This document shows, in pieces, positions 36,201-51,200 of a DNA stretch of 64,000 nt; position 1 is the stretch's first letter; the number at the start of each line of letters is the position of its first letter. The translations under genes and the position numbers were made by a program. Under the pieces are notes generated by a model. It did not search any database. It was not told the origin of the DNA and saw only the letters and a list, made by a program, of their open reading frames with translations. This DNA is from Perna viridis (Eukaryota). The stretch covers positions 2,666,001-2,730,000 of the forward strand of contig CM074515.1 of the NCBI GenBank assembly GCA_037379345.1. Reading direction: 5' to 3'.

Positions 36201-39200
36201 TTTCTCTTTATTTTTCTTTTTATAGCAGTCCCTTTATTGTGTAAAAAACATGTCCTGTTTTGTGGTTGCTTTTTGAATAAACAAATGCATAAAATAAAAA
36301 ACCTTAATGTTTTCAGGATAATTGTCTTACAGGCTTTTCTACATTGTATGGTATTTTTTTTTCATTACATGGCTTTATACTCGTTGTTGGGGGAATCCTC
36401 CTTTATGTTTGTCCATCTGTCTATCTACATCACTTTTGAGAATAATTTCTCCTTAACTTTTGAAACATTATGAGAAGGTTAGACACCATATGTAGATTTG
36501 CAAGAAGAAAGAATAGAATTATTGCAGCAATTGAAGGAAAAATTCATGTGAAGCAAGGAGAGTGCCCTTTTTGTGAGATTGCGTACAGTATTCCAATTTG
36601 TGTATATTTTGTATCCAGTATATGCAATAAAAGTAAGTTTTTGTCATTCTGTTTTACAGCTAAATGCCTATACAAGGGAGTACAGTATTCTCAAGGCATG
36701 AGATGGGATGATGGATGTCAATACACATGTATATGTACTGAGGCTATGAAAGGAAAATATGTTTGTGATGAGAAGTATGTAATCTGTTAATAAACCAAAC
36801 TCTTAATAAACAGGAGACATGTTTACACTCTACAAATAGGAGACCTGTCTACAACAAACCCTGTACAAATAGGAGACCTGTCTACACCAAACCCTGTACA
36901 AATAGGAGACTTGTCTAAACCATATCCTGAATAAGGAGATCAAGTTCTTTCAAAATTTAAAGCTTTATTGATCTGTATGAAATGATCCCTACCTAAACTG
37001 AACAATATTTTATGTGAGAAGAGGGTTTGGTGATTACAGGTTTCATACTATTGTTGCTAAATGTTTTCAGATGTTTATGGCAAGAAAAATAATTTAGTTG
37101 ATTACCTACAAAGATAGGGTTTAGTTTTGTATCATTATACAACTTTTTTTTAAAAGAAATAATGCCATTTATGGATCTGGAACTGACTTAAAGCTGGATA
37201 TTCCAACTTTATTTTATGATGTGCTTGTTTTTTTTAAAGAGAAAAACCATATCAAATAACAAAATAAGAGAAAAAAATAAATGTGTATTTCCTTTTTCAC
37301 CCTGACTGTAAGACTTATACTATACTCAAAGGTGTCCAAAATGGCCAGCCCTTCCTCCAGAATGCCAGTTACAGAAGGATCCAGCTAACCCATGCTGTTA
37401 TAAACCAGAGTGTGTATTCAACCCTAATGTAGGTGAAATCACAGGTTTAGCCACTACAAAAGTTCCTCACATTGGACCAACTGCAGCACCAACTCCATAT
37501 ACTGGACAACCCACACCAGCACCATATGCCACTCCAGCTCTGCCTAAAGGTAATCACTGATTAACCTACAGTATCATTAAATCTCTGCAGGAAACAAATG
37601 TGGCACTTTTTCTTCACTCTACTTCTTTAAGAACTTAAGTTGGTGTTAATTGTTTTGATAAAAACAACTTTGTGAAAACTTCGTTTTTTTTCTCTGCAGC
37701 TGTTTGTGTGTACAAGGGTAAAAGTTACACCCAGGGACAAAGCTGGTATGATGGATGTGATTATAAATGTACATGTGAAGATGCTGAACAAGGAATCTAC
37801 AGATGTAGTCAGAGGTATGTGTAGTTGGTTAATGGACTACATAGATATTCTAGTTTGTTATACTGATGATTGTTTTGGTTGATAGTTAATGTATTTCTTG
37901 TAAAGTGTATGTTTTTGTAGAACTGTTATAAAATCACTGAAGGAAGCTAACTCTTTATTTGCTTTATCAAGAAAACCAGAAAAGTGAATGTAGTTATATT
38001 TGGTGATCAGTTTAAATGTTACTGTATATCATTCTCATCAAACATGGATCATATATTTTTGTATTTTATTGACTTCAATGACAATATTGGATAACCAGAA
38101 TTCATCATCACTTACACTGTTTACATGTATTACATCTGACATTTAACACACTGTTTATTACATCAGACATTTTACACACACTGTTTATTACATCTGACAT
38201 TTAACACACTGTTTATTACATTTGACATTTAACACACTGTTTATTACATCTGACATTTTACACACACTGTTTATTACATCTGACATTTAACACACTGTTT
38301 ATTACATCTGACATTTTACACACACTGTTTATTACATCTGACATTTAACACACTGTTTATTACATGTATATCTGACATTTAACACACTGTTTATTATATC
38401 TGACATTTTACATACTGTTTATTATATCTGACATTTAACACACAGTTTATTATATCTGACATTTAACACACTGTGTATTATATCTGACATTTTACACACT
38501 GTTTATTACATCTGACATTTAAAACACTGTTTTAACCATCAGATAAACTGATCATGTTATAAAACTTGATTGATTCATGCTTTACTTGTTTATCTGATTA
38601 GATTAAATACTTGTATGGTTGAGTGCATTGATTTATTTTAATTCAGTGAGTTTTGTATATGATGTATTTTTTACTAGGTGTTCTCAGTACCAGAACCTTC
38701 CTAAGGATTGTTACTTAGTGGCTGATGATCAAGACCCAATCTGTTGTAAAGTACCAAAATGTAACATTCCCTCACAGTACAATAACCAGTCTGGAATTTT
38801 ACCCCTTCCAACTGCAGCCCCAGGAATCATTAGTGGAGGTTCAGTCACCAAGGCTCCAACCCCTGGTACCACACAGGCCCCACAACCAGGTCAACCAAAC
38901 CCAACACCAGGACCTACTCCAGCTCCAAAAGGTAGGAATCTTGTACCTAATTGAAGGAAGGTCCAAATTATCTCTCACTTAATGAAAATCCTAACCCTAA
39001 ATTGAAGTCACACCCATCTGTAGAATTGTAATGAGTTTCCAAGTTGTATGTGATTTTTATACCCCCGCTCTGAAGGATACCATTTTACTCATGTCTGTGT
39101 TCCTGTATTTCCATAACACTTTTTTCCATCACTGTTTTCGCAGCAAATGCTAATTAAAGCTAATTAAAGCTGCTTGATATTTTAACACATTCTTCCTGTA

Positions 39201-42200
39201 GTTATGCCATATGGTTGGATATATTTTCAGAAATATTCAACAACTTTCTGTTTACCAAGGCCTATTTTGAAAGTTGAAATTTTTGTCAAGTTTTTCTGAA
39301 CAACTACTCATCACAGCAGATTGAAATTTTAACACCTTTTTCCTTTAGGTATGCAAATGGTTAGATTCATTTTCAGAAAAAATTGACAACAATTTCCCGT
39401 TAAATGAGTACTTAGTTTATGTTTCTGATATCGTGATTGAAAGCAGGGATATCACTTGTGAGCCATTGCTCACAGATCTCTTGGTTACCTTACTTACTGG
39501 TGTTTCATATTTTTTAATACCACCTTACAATGTCTACTAGGGTCTCTCTTGCTTGTGATTTATGAATAGTGTTTTATTCAGTGATATGGAAGAGGATATG
39601 TTTATTACAGAAATGTGTATATACAAAGGACGTGACTATGCTCAGGGACAGAAATGGCAAGATGGATGTGATTACAACTGTGAATGTACTAATGCTAAAA
39701 TGGGATTCTACAGATGTACTGAGAAGTAAGTACATACAAATTCTATTTGGGATTCCATTTTTGTTCAGAGAAATCTTATTTGGAATTCTTCTGATGTACT
39801 GAGAAATGTTATTTTGGATTCTTCTGATGTACTGAGAAATCTTTTTTGGGATTCCATCTAACTACTGAGAAATCTTATTTGGGATTCTACCAATGTAATG
39901 AGAAATAAGTGCACATAAAACTTATTTGGAATTCTCGCTATGTACTGAAAATCTCATTTGGGAATATTCTACAAAGTTACTGTAGACACTATATATCTGC
40001 TAATGAATTAATGTTTACTTGAACTGAATCTAACAGATATCCTTTCCTTTGCAAGTTACCTTATGGGTACTTTTATTCTGTTTTTGCTGATGAAATTGGG
40101 GCAGGTGAGAATGAAAATTTATCAATCAATTTTAATTAGCTTAATTTCCTATAATAATTGTAATATCCCAATATTGCCAGAAACTCAAATGGCTATAGTT
40201 TTCATATTTTCTAGTAATATGGATTGTAAAAAGACACATAGGACAGATAAATGTTTGCAGCACTGATTTTACAATTCAGTTGTTAAAGTTGTTTTGTTTA
40301 ATTTTTAGTATTTTAAAGAAGGCTAAAAAATAAACAAGCTAGGTCTCATGTACATCTAAAAGAACTCAATTTATATAATTGAAAATGACATAATTTTATC
40401 ATCAGAAATACTGAGTATTTTTATTTGTATGTCTTCAGATGTCCAAGATACAATAACCTTCCACCACAATGTAAACTAGTTGCTGATGTAATGAACCCAT
40501 GTTGTCAGAAACCTTACTGTGATTTCACTGGTAGCACTGGACAGATTTCTGGAACCATGACTCCTGCACCAGGTATGGTTACCACTCGTGCTCCTCTACC
40601 ACCAGGACAGACATACCCACCAACACCAGGACCTACACCTAAAATACCAGGTATGTTCATATGATTAATCTCCTGATATATACATACTATTTATCATTAG
40701 ATGTGACTGCAGTTTTATCAAGAGCCAAATTACTGCAGGACTGAATTTCTTAACAAACAACTTCATATGATGATCATACACAATATGGAATTAATATTAG
40801 ACCGTACATCTTGAGAACAAATTCATAATGTCCCATAAAAATCGTCTTTCATTGATGTTCCAAAATGCATAGTGTTCTTTAAGTGACCAGAAAAATATTG
40901 ATTGGATTGTCAGAACAATCAAATCATTTTGTGGAGCTTGCCGGCACGTTTTTGGAAGTCTGTAATAGCTTAAATCTTCTAGCAATTTTTGGTTAGTACC
41001 TGAAAGATCACAAGTAATTGGTGTGCTTATATGATAGAATGAACAAAGCGATGATTCTGTTAGGTTACATCTCTTACAACCACATTCTGATTTTTAATTG
41101 GTTTTGTCAGTGGCAGGAAAAGTGCATTTGTTTTGCTATGCTATCGTTTTATTACACAATATGGCTATGCATATTTTTGTGACTTTTTAGACACCTGTGT
41201 GTACAATGGAGTCCAATTTAAACAAGGACAGACTTGGGATGATGGATGTGATCTGAAATGTGTCTGTGAAAATGGAATGACAGGTTTCTATAGATGTTCT
41301 GATAGGTAAGAGTTAAATGGTGGATTAAGGTTCAGAATGTTAACTGTAGAATGACAGTGTTTTGCCACTAATTTTTTTTAATCCTCAATGCACATTAGCA
41401 AAGATAAAGATTCTTGAGACAACCTTCTAAGTAGCTAAAATTTTGGTGATTGAGATACAGCAGGAGGCCCCATCAAAGTGATCAATGCATTCAGTATATA
41501 CAATAAGAATTGAAATGAATTTCATAGGAAGACGTAAGAAGATCATGGTGAAGTTACATTTCTTGTAAGTTTTGTTATATTTTTACAGATGTGCCAGATA
41601 TAACAGTGTACCACAGGGATGTGTCCTGGTTACTGATCCATCAGATAGTTGTTGTCGTGTTCCTAGCTGTAGTCCTCAGCCTCAGGTCACACCAGCACCA
41701 CTCCCAGGACAGACACCAAATCCCTTCCCAACACTGACCCCTCCCACTGTTCCTGCTATCATCATTGGACAGGGTATAACCCCCACCCCAAGACCAGGTC
41801 AGCCTACACCAGCTACTTCCAGTCCACCTGTACCAGTCTGTATGTACAAGGGTAAAACATACACACAGGGACAGAAGTTTGATGATGGGTGTGACTTACA
41901 CTGTGAATGTTATGATGCAATGAATGGCAAATACAAATGTACAAAACGGTAAGGCTTTTTTATGTTTGTATAAAATTTCATGTGAATGAGACAAGTCTTA
42001 GAGTGGACATAGGTTTGTCAGGTAAATATGACCTAAATACAATACAATGTAATAAGATTAAGGTCCATTATACAAAATAGCATGATTAATGATAACATGT
42101 GAACATATACTGTAAACATACAAATTTTTGCGATGTTCTTATTTTCACTATTTTCACATCGGACAGAAAACTGCCAAAAATAATGCCAGCAAAATTGAAT

Positions 42201-45200
42201 TTAACACTATTTAACACTAAACATTTCTTTTTGAAACCGTGAAAATTGATACCTGTGAATATGTTCACTTTACAGAATCCTCAAAAATTAGCAGCCATGA
42301 AAATTAATACGTTTACAGTAGTGAATATACATATTTCAGTAATGCATGGTAAATATATAGTTATAACAGATTGCTCAAACAGCTTGAGATAAAGTTGAAG
42401 TCTGAGAATTTTATATGAATAATGTCATTTTATTGCTGACATTATAAAATATTTATTTATGACCTTTTTCTACAGTAAGGGTTACTATATCATTCTGTAG
42501 CTATAATCATTGTACTTGGAGGCTTTTTTAAACAGATGCCAGAAATATGTCAACCTGCCAAGTAACTGCAGACTGTCAATCGACCCTAATGATGCTTGCT
42601 GTAGAATCGCAACTTGTCTGCCAACTCCATCACCATTCCTCACTCCAGGACCATCTCCTGGTGGCCCAACTATAAAGCCCAACCCTAACAACACACCAGT
42701 ACCAAACCCAGTCACACCAGGTCCAACACCTGCTCCACAACCCAAAAGTAAGCACACACTATTTTAAATATCAACCACAAAGTAAGCACACACTATTTTA
42801 AATATCAACTACAAAGTAAGCACACACTATTTTAAATATCAACTACAAAGTAAGCACACACTATTTTAAATATCAACTACAAAGTAAGCACACACTATTT
42901 TAAATATCAACTACAAAGTAAGCACACACTATTTTAAATATCAACCACAAAATAAGCACATTCTATTTCACATATCAACTCTAACAGTAAACACATTTCA
43001 TTCAATATATAAATCCAAGATATAGCACATTCTTTTTTTCACAAAAATAACTAATTTATAATCATGTTATGGATTAAAAGCCATTTCTTATGAAAGAATT
43101 TGTATTGTAGATGTTTGTTTAATGAAGGGACGTCGGTATACCCAGGGACAAACCTGGTTTGATGGTTGTGACAAGAAGTGTGTATGTGAAGATGGCACAA
43201 CTGGATTTTATAGATGTTCTGACAGGTAAAATATGATATCGGTTACTGTTTTAGACTTCACATAATACCATAGTAAAAGGGTGTTTGTGGTGATGTTATT
43301 TACACCACATGGCATAATATTTGATCCCAAATTTACATTTCATTACAAAAAAATATATTTGATAAGAGTACATGTACTTATGTAAAGTAAACAAAGACTT
43401 CTCAATGACATATGGCATTTTATAACAGATGTCGTGAATACAAGAATGTTCCAGCAACCTGCACCATGGTTCCTGATCCTAGTGATCCTCAGTGTTGTCA
43501 GCTGCCACAATGTATCCCTGGTGTCAATGGCTACCCAACTCCAGTACCCCAACAAACACCAGCACCAGGTGTCACCATAGCTCCAACTCCAATGACTGGT
43601 CAACCTCTTGGTGTGGTCACTGGATTTGCTCCTAGCCCAACACCTACTGCAGGAACTACTCTAGCTCCCAAACCAGGACAGCCAAACCCAACACCTGGAC
43701 CAACTCCAGCACCAAAGAGTTAGTAGTAACCTTAGCAGATCTCTTAATAATAACATGATCCTGTTGAACTTAACTATCTTACTGTGGTTTTTTGCATCCA
43801 TCTTACTGTGTTTTGGTTTTTTACTGATTATTGTCTATGTCTTTTTTAACTATTTCTTGCCTCTAAACTGCAAATACATTTTTTTGTCTGACAGCATATA
43901 AACATGGGAAAATGTTGATGTGGTATTTCAGTTTATGTTTCTTATATTTTGTAGTGGTATGTGTTTACAAGGGAAAAGCTTATGGACAGGGCCAGAGATG
44001 GCAGGATGGCTGTGATTTTAACTGTGTCTGTACTGATGGAATGACTGGAAAATATGAATGCACTGAAAGGTCTGTAATAAATCTAATAAGTTACCATATA
44101 AAGTTACACATTATAAATTACAAGTACCAGAAATAAATTTTGTATGATTTTTACCTTATATATATAGATGTGGTTACTTTGATAGGACAATGTTATATTT
44201 TAAACCCTGAATATATGTGTATTATATATATATATTAACTCACTGTGTTCATTGTGTATGTGTATTTGTGTAATACATGTTATTATATGTGTCTATTACA
44301 TATGTTATTATGTGTTTCTGTCACATATGTTATTATATGTGTATTACATATGTTATTCTATGTGTGTATTACATGTTATTCTGTGTTTATTGCATATGTT
44401 ATTTAATGTGTCTATTATACTTCTCTGTATAGTGGTGTATTGCCTACATCTAGTATAATTCAGTTTTTATATGTGTATTTTAGATGTCCATCATACCCAG
44501 CTGTACCACAGTACTGTCATATGGAAGCAGATCCCAGTGATTTCTGTTGCCAGAGACCCGTCTGTGACTACAACAAACCAGTGACTGTACCAACACCAGC
44601 TCCTAACATGCAAACAACAATTGCTCCAATCCCAGGCCAACCAACACCTGTCAACACACCTGCACCAACTCCAGCACCTGCAGGTAATAATCAATATTTT
44701 CCTCTCATTAGATATAGATTGGTGCATGCTGATTATATATCTGCAGACTTGAAAATCCATAAACAAATAAATTGAAGACCTTGGCCTAAGTTCTTACATA
44801 GTTCCAGTAATCATGGCAGTTACTTAGTTTAGTTCCTACACAGGTTCAGTAATCTGTGCAATTACTTTTACTAGGTTCTAACATAGTTCCAGTAATCTAT
44901 GCAATTACATTACTGAGTTCATACACATGTCCAATAATCAGTGCAATTATTCTGCTGAGTTCTTACACAGTACCAGTAATCAGTGTGAATACTCTGCTGA
45001 GTTCTTACACTGATCCAGTAATCAGTGCAATTACTCTGCTGGGTTCTTACACAGTACTAGTAATCAGTATGAATACTCTGCTGAGTTCTTACACAGATCC
45101 AGTAATCAGTGCAATTACTTTCTTTGAGTTCTTACATGGATTAAATTTTGCAATTTTCATTGTGATACCATTTTGAATATGTTTCAAATTTAATATAGAA

Positions 45201-48200
45201 TATTCCATAGAAACTGTTATTTCATTTTTTTCAGCATTCTGTGTATACAATGGTGTTGCCTATCAACAAGGCAAATCATGGAATGTTGGTTGTGACAAAC
45301 AATGCAGATGTGATGATGCTTCCAAGAATATATACAATTGTGCCGACAGGTTGGTTCTCTGACATACTGATGTAGGGCCATAAGAAATAATGTAGGAAGT
45401 GATGACCATTTAATAAACAAAGTTTGTTAGGAAGTAATGACCATTTAATAAACAAGTAATGTAGGAAGTAATGACCATTTAGTAAACAAGTAATGTAGGA
45501 AGTAATGACCATTTAGTAAACAAGTAATGTAGGAAGTAATGACCATTTAATAAACAAGTAATGTAGGAAGTGATGACCATTTAATAAACAAAGTTTGTTA
45601 GGAAGTAATGATCATTTAATAAACAAGTAATGTAGGAAGTAATGACCATTTAGTAAACAAGTAATGTAGGAAGTAATGACCATTTAATAAACAAGTAATG
45701 TAGGAAGTGATGACCATTTAATAAACAAAGTTTGTTATTGTGCTTTCTATTAATCTTAAACTTTTGTATTGTTTTAGTTGATTTTATGTTAATATTTTCT
45801 CTTCCATAAAAAACAGAAACGTTTAGAATTTATTTCTGAAAAGGTTGATACAGACTTCTTTTGTATAGAAATATGTTAAGTCTTGAAGTGAATGAATGAT
45901 TAAATTTTGCTTTTTTTATACCCCACCATAGGAAATGGCGAGATATTATGTGATACCCAAAAAAAATTGCAAGTCCCTTTGTCTGTGTCAATGTTTTTTT
46001 TTTAAACTTAGCACAGTTGTTTAGTGTCATTAGATACATGTTAAGCTAGATTTTCAGTAAAATTTAATGTGTAGTTTTCAAGGACATTTTGAACATTTTG
46101 CCATCCCTCTTTTTTTTTACCTTTATGTTGCACGGTATTACTCTAATGCTCAATTCGTGCCCTTTTTAATCACCAGATGTCCAAGTTATCAGGTCAAACC
46201 TGGATGTACATATGTCACAGATCCATCAGACCCATGTTGTCAAATTCCAAGCTGCTTACAGATTCCTACACCAGTAGTGACTCCAACCCCAGGACCAGGA
46301 GTTAACCCTACCCCAGGACCTAATCTAACACCTTCAGCCACACCCTACCCATCACCACTACCACAAGGAGTGACTGGATCTGTTATAGTCAAACCACCAG
46401 TACCCAATCTAGGTAATTTATTTGGTACTCAATCTCTTGAATTTTGAGTCTGTCTTGCATGATTATTGAACTGTAGTTGCCTTTGATTTTTTAGTTTAAA
46501 ATTCTTTTTTTATTTGTGGTTCTTATTTACATTTATGTTAACAGGTTATTGTGAATACATGGGCAAACAATACAAGACTGGAGAAAAATGGGATGATGGC
46601 TGCAGATATCACTGTACATGCATTGATAGTATGTCTGGACAATACAAGTGTGATGAGAGGTGAGTTGAACATGTGTAGCTGTAGGTATCACTGTACATTT
46701 ATCGATGGTATGTGTGGACAATACACAAGTGTGACAAGAGGTGATTTTAACATGTGAAGCTATATGTATCACTATATGTGCATTGATAGTATGTCTGAAC
46801 AATACAACTGTGGAGAGAGGTCAGTTGAACACGGATAGCTATTATGTATTACCTGGAATGGTACTATGTCATCATTAATATTGACTGGTCAGCATTCTGC
46901 AGTTTTGATAAGTTTCAATATATTGAGTGCAATCCAAAAAGAATTAAGTTAAATGTAATGTTCCTAAATTTTGAATTGGTTATAGGAAATAATCTTGTGT
47001 GAGTCAGTTTACACTTGATGTTGAAACTGTCTATTTCATACAACTTTTTCAAAACTTAGAAATATTCCTTTGAAATATCACTGTTCGAGATTTTTCATCA
47101 ACCACTTATTTTACTTCTTTTTTTTTTGGTAGATGTCCACGATACCCCCAAGTTCCATCATACTGTGTATTAGTGCAGGATCCTACCGACAACTGTTGTA
47201 AAGTTCCACAGTGTACCATTGTAGCACCAACACCTCAGCCACCTGTTTCTCCATCACCAGGAGTTACCCTTGTACCAAACCCAGGAAGTACACTCTCCCC
47301 ATTAATGACTCCTCCAACTCAACCTCCACAACCAGTGCTCAAGAGTAAGAGTTGTGCTGTTTTAAGTCATCATAATGTGTTTTTGGCCAAGAACAAGATA
47401 GTAAAAATCAAGCATTAACTAAAAAAATATCTCAGATTAACTTGTAATTTAATATTGAAAGTGGAAAGCATTAAAAAACTACATGAATTTGACCAATGAA
47501 GAAACTGATTAATCATATACAGTCTATTATTGTTTTAACATTGATTGAAAATTAAGGATATTCAAGGTTTTGATGTTTTTTCTTATGAAATGATCATAGT
47601 ATATCTTCCAAAATATCAAATTCATGTTATTCAAAACATTCTTTTTAAATTTGGAATTGTGTAATTTAGTAATCTTTTATGATTCCAAATTATGGTAAAC
47701 CTTTATTTAAAACATAATTTATGACTATGTGACTACAGTTATTATTTTAACTATTTGTATTTTTCTGTTTTAAGAAATTGTCTGCCCTTGTCTGATCAGT
47801 GTTTACTGTAACATTTGTAGATGTTTGTATCATGAAGGGAAAATCCTACACACAAGGACAGACATGGGATGATGGATGTGACAAAATCTGTGTATGTGAT
47901 GATGGTAAAACAGGGCATTACTCATGCAAAGACAGGTAAATATTGTCCATTTTAATCTTTATTGTGAGTATCCACTCTTGTAGAGAGTATTCCCTTATAT
48001 TATTTTTTATATTCATTCTTCAAACTTGATCAAAACATACATCGCAATAAGAATTGAGTGGTAATTAACACACTACTGACTTGTGAATGTTTTACTTCCA
48101 TGATAAATGGTATAATTAGAACCTAAAGTTAATCATTATATTATTGCTTTAAGATGTCCAACCTATCAGAATATCTCACCATCATGTGTTATGGTACCAG

Positions 48201-51200
48201 ACCCATCAGATCCTGTATGTTGTAAGATGCCACAGTGTACTAATCCAAACAACAATGTAGTACCTACTGGGGTGTATGGTCAGGTGACAGGGCTGAATCC
48301 TACACCAGTACCCAACCTTCAACCAACACCTGGGAATCAAAATACACCAGTACCAATACCAAACAATGTACCAACACCATACCCAGGTGGTACATACGCA
48401 CCAAACATGATTCCATCAGTGTACCCAACAGTGGCACCAAATCCCAACCAGACACCTAACCCTAACCCAACACCACAGCCACAACCTAGTAAGTACACAA
48501 TGATTCCTGTAGACTGAGCTCTCTAAAAGTAATACTCTTCATTATTTTATTGATCCCTAGTTCCTACTTTGAATGGACTGTTTCTTCTTAGCACTACTAA
48601 GAAATTCATACAATTTATTCATTTTTAACTTAGACTATAAATCTATTAACTAGATCAATAATCAAGTTGATACATTCCACTATTGACAACCAAAGGTGAT
48701 AAAAGTCTAATTTCTTACTTACAAAGGCTGGTAAATAGATAAACTGGAAGAAAAGTTATATACTCTATTAATATGTTTGACTTTCTAGAAGTGTGTATTT
48801 ACAATGGACAACAGTATCCTCAGGGAGTTAGGTGGAGAGATGGATGTAAATATGACTGCATCTGTGAAAATGGAATGACAGGCAAATACACATGTACTGA
48901 CATGTAAGTTGCTACACATGTAATTCATTACAAATGTTGAGTTACAGCATTACCAATAAAATAAACAAATAAAACATGCTGACATTTGACATTAGTGATG
49001 GACATTTACTGAGATATAAGGTGTTATATTTTTGATTCAGTATTAAATCCTTATATTAATATTTTGTGTAAATTGGCTTTAATTTCAGTTGCAAAATAGT
49101 CCTGTACATAAGAAATATTTTTAATAAGAAAGATATAAGTGCATAAAAATAAGTGTATATAGCTGGATATTTTTATGTATTTGTTGAATGTGTATTTTAG
49201 TTGTCCCCGATACCCACCATTACCTGCTAACTGTAGAATGGTGAGTGACCCAGCCAACCCCTGCTGTAAGAGACCAGACTGTTCTAATCCTACACCAGTG
49301 CCAGGTCCTAATAATACTCCTAATCCAAACCCAACACTTGCTCCTAAAATTGGTAAGCCTTTTTTTATTGCCAGTAACATTCTTCAAATATTGATTGATT
49401 ATATACCTTGTGTCTACTGTATGATTAGTTTTTACCTTGCCCAGATTGTATTGCAACTTAATATTAGATAATGTTTACTTAGTTTGATGTTAAATTAGAA
49501 TAGTCTTCATTTATCATTGACTTTTCAAACCCTGGAAAATGTGTTTGTACTTTATTTTGTATTATTCTGAGTATAATAACATTACAGTCTGAAATTGTAG
49601 GATTTATTGATACTGTCTTTCAGAGTTCTGTATTTATAATGGTGTGCCATACAGACAAGGCCAGACATGGCAAGATGGTTGTAGTAAGGTGTGTAGATGT
49701 GAAGATGCTGCTGCCAAACAAGTCACCTGTAATGACAGGTAATTTTTTTTTCATTTGGAGTTGGTTTCAAATGGGGAGAATCATGGAATAATTGTTTTAC
49801 ATGTGGAAGAAATTTATTTATGGCAATAAATACAATGGACACTTTTAAAAGGGACAAATGTTCAGACCTTTTTTGTACAGTGAAACCTGTCTAAAACCAA
49901 ACCCTGAAAAATTCAAAAATCTGTCTAAACCAAACCCTGAAAATTCAAAAACCTGGCTGAAGCAAACACTTTTAAAGTCCCTTTATACCAATTTAAATGC
50001 ATTTTGAACCTGAATAAATTGAACACCTGGGTAAACTAAACACCTGTCTAAACCAAATAGATTTTAATTTCCAAAAGAGATTTGATTTTGACAGGTTTCA
50101 CTGTTGTATTATTTATTCATCAAAGTCACTTGATAATAGGCCATGGAACAGTATAAATGATGCCAAAACCATGACAAAATGTTATGTGAAAATTTTATAC
50201 TTCCACAGATGCCCAACATATCCTAAACTGCAGCCAGGATGTTCATACATCACTGACCCTAGTGACCAATGTTGTCAGGTCCCTAAATGTACACCAACAA
50301 ACAACCAAACAGTAGTAGTGACTGGACCTAAGGGAACCATTGATGGTAACAATGTTGTAGTACCTAACAGACCTAACACTGGAATCACAGGAAGATCAAG
50401 TAAGTTCGTCTTCCAGTTCCTTGGTTGCCCATCTGATATATAGGATTTGTTACACACATATTTCATACAGGAATACATATTCTGTATGAAAATATTGATT
50501 CACTCAGTTTATAGTACCTAAATAACAGAAAGATTACTGAAGGAGAAATTGAATTTAATGCATAGCTTCTATGTAATTAGAATAAAAAAAAACAGCATAG
50601 GAACATTATTTAGGAATGCTAATATTGATGTGATATTTAATTTTAGATGTATGTTTGTACAAGGGTAAGATGTATAACCAGGGTCAGTCATGGGATGATG
50701 GCTGTACCTACCACTGTGTCTGTCTTGATTCATCTACTGGACATTACCAATGTACTGAGAGGTACATCTACTGTTTGTCTTTTTATATCTTACCAATGTT
50801 TCATTGTTTACTGTGATTTACAATTGATGAATCATTTTACTTCACAACATTTGAAATATTATGCAATGGTCAGTTGTAATATCAGGAGAATCATTATTCA
50901 AAACTCCAAACTGTAACAACCTTCTGAGTGTACACTACATCAATATTGAATGGTTTCCTTTCGTCTGCACCCAGTCTCATTGTCTATTTAATATAGTATC
51001 TTGACAACATATTGATTTTCAGATGCTTCAAGATCCCACAACTGCCTCCATATTGTACCCTGGTAAATGATCCACAGGACCAATGTTGTCAGAGACCATA
51101 CTGTCAGAACCCACAACCTACACCTGGACCAAATGTTCAGCCAACTCCTGGTATAACCCTGGTACCTAATCCTAATGGAACTCCAGCACCAACCCCAGCA

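Noticed and set aside
44856-45512. ORFs with repeated peptides (44856-45176, 45276-45512; also 56014-56484, 61987-62208)
   Set aside because: Translations of intronic minisatellites.
46675-46835. Extra alternative (mutually exclusive) VWC exons
   Set aside because: Only the 3' half of exon 46545-46659 is duplicated; the copies are degenerate and lack a proper acceptor.
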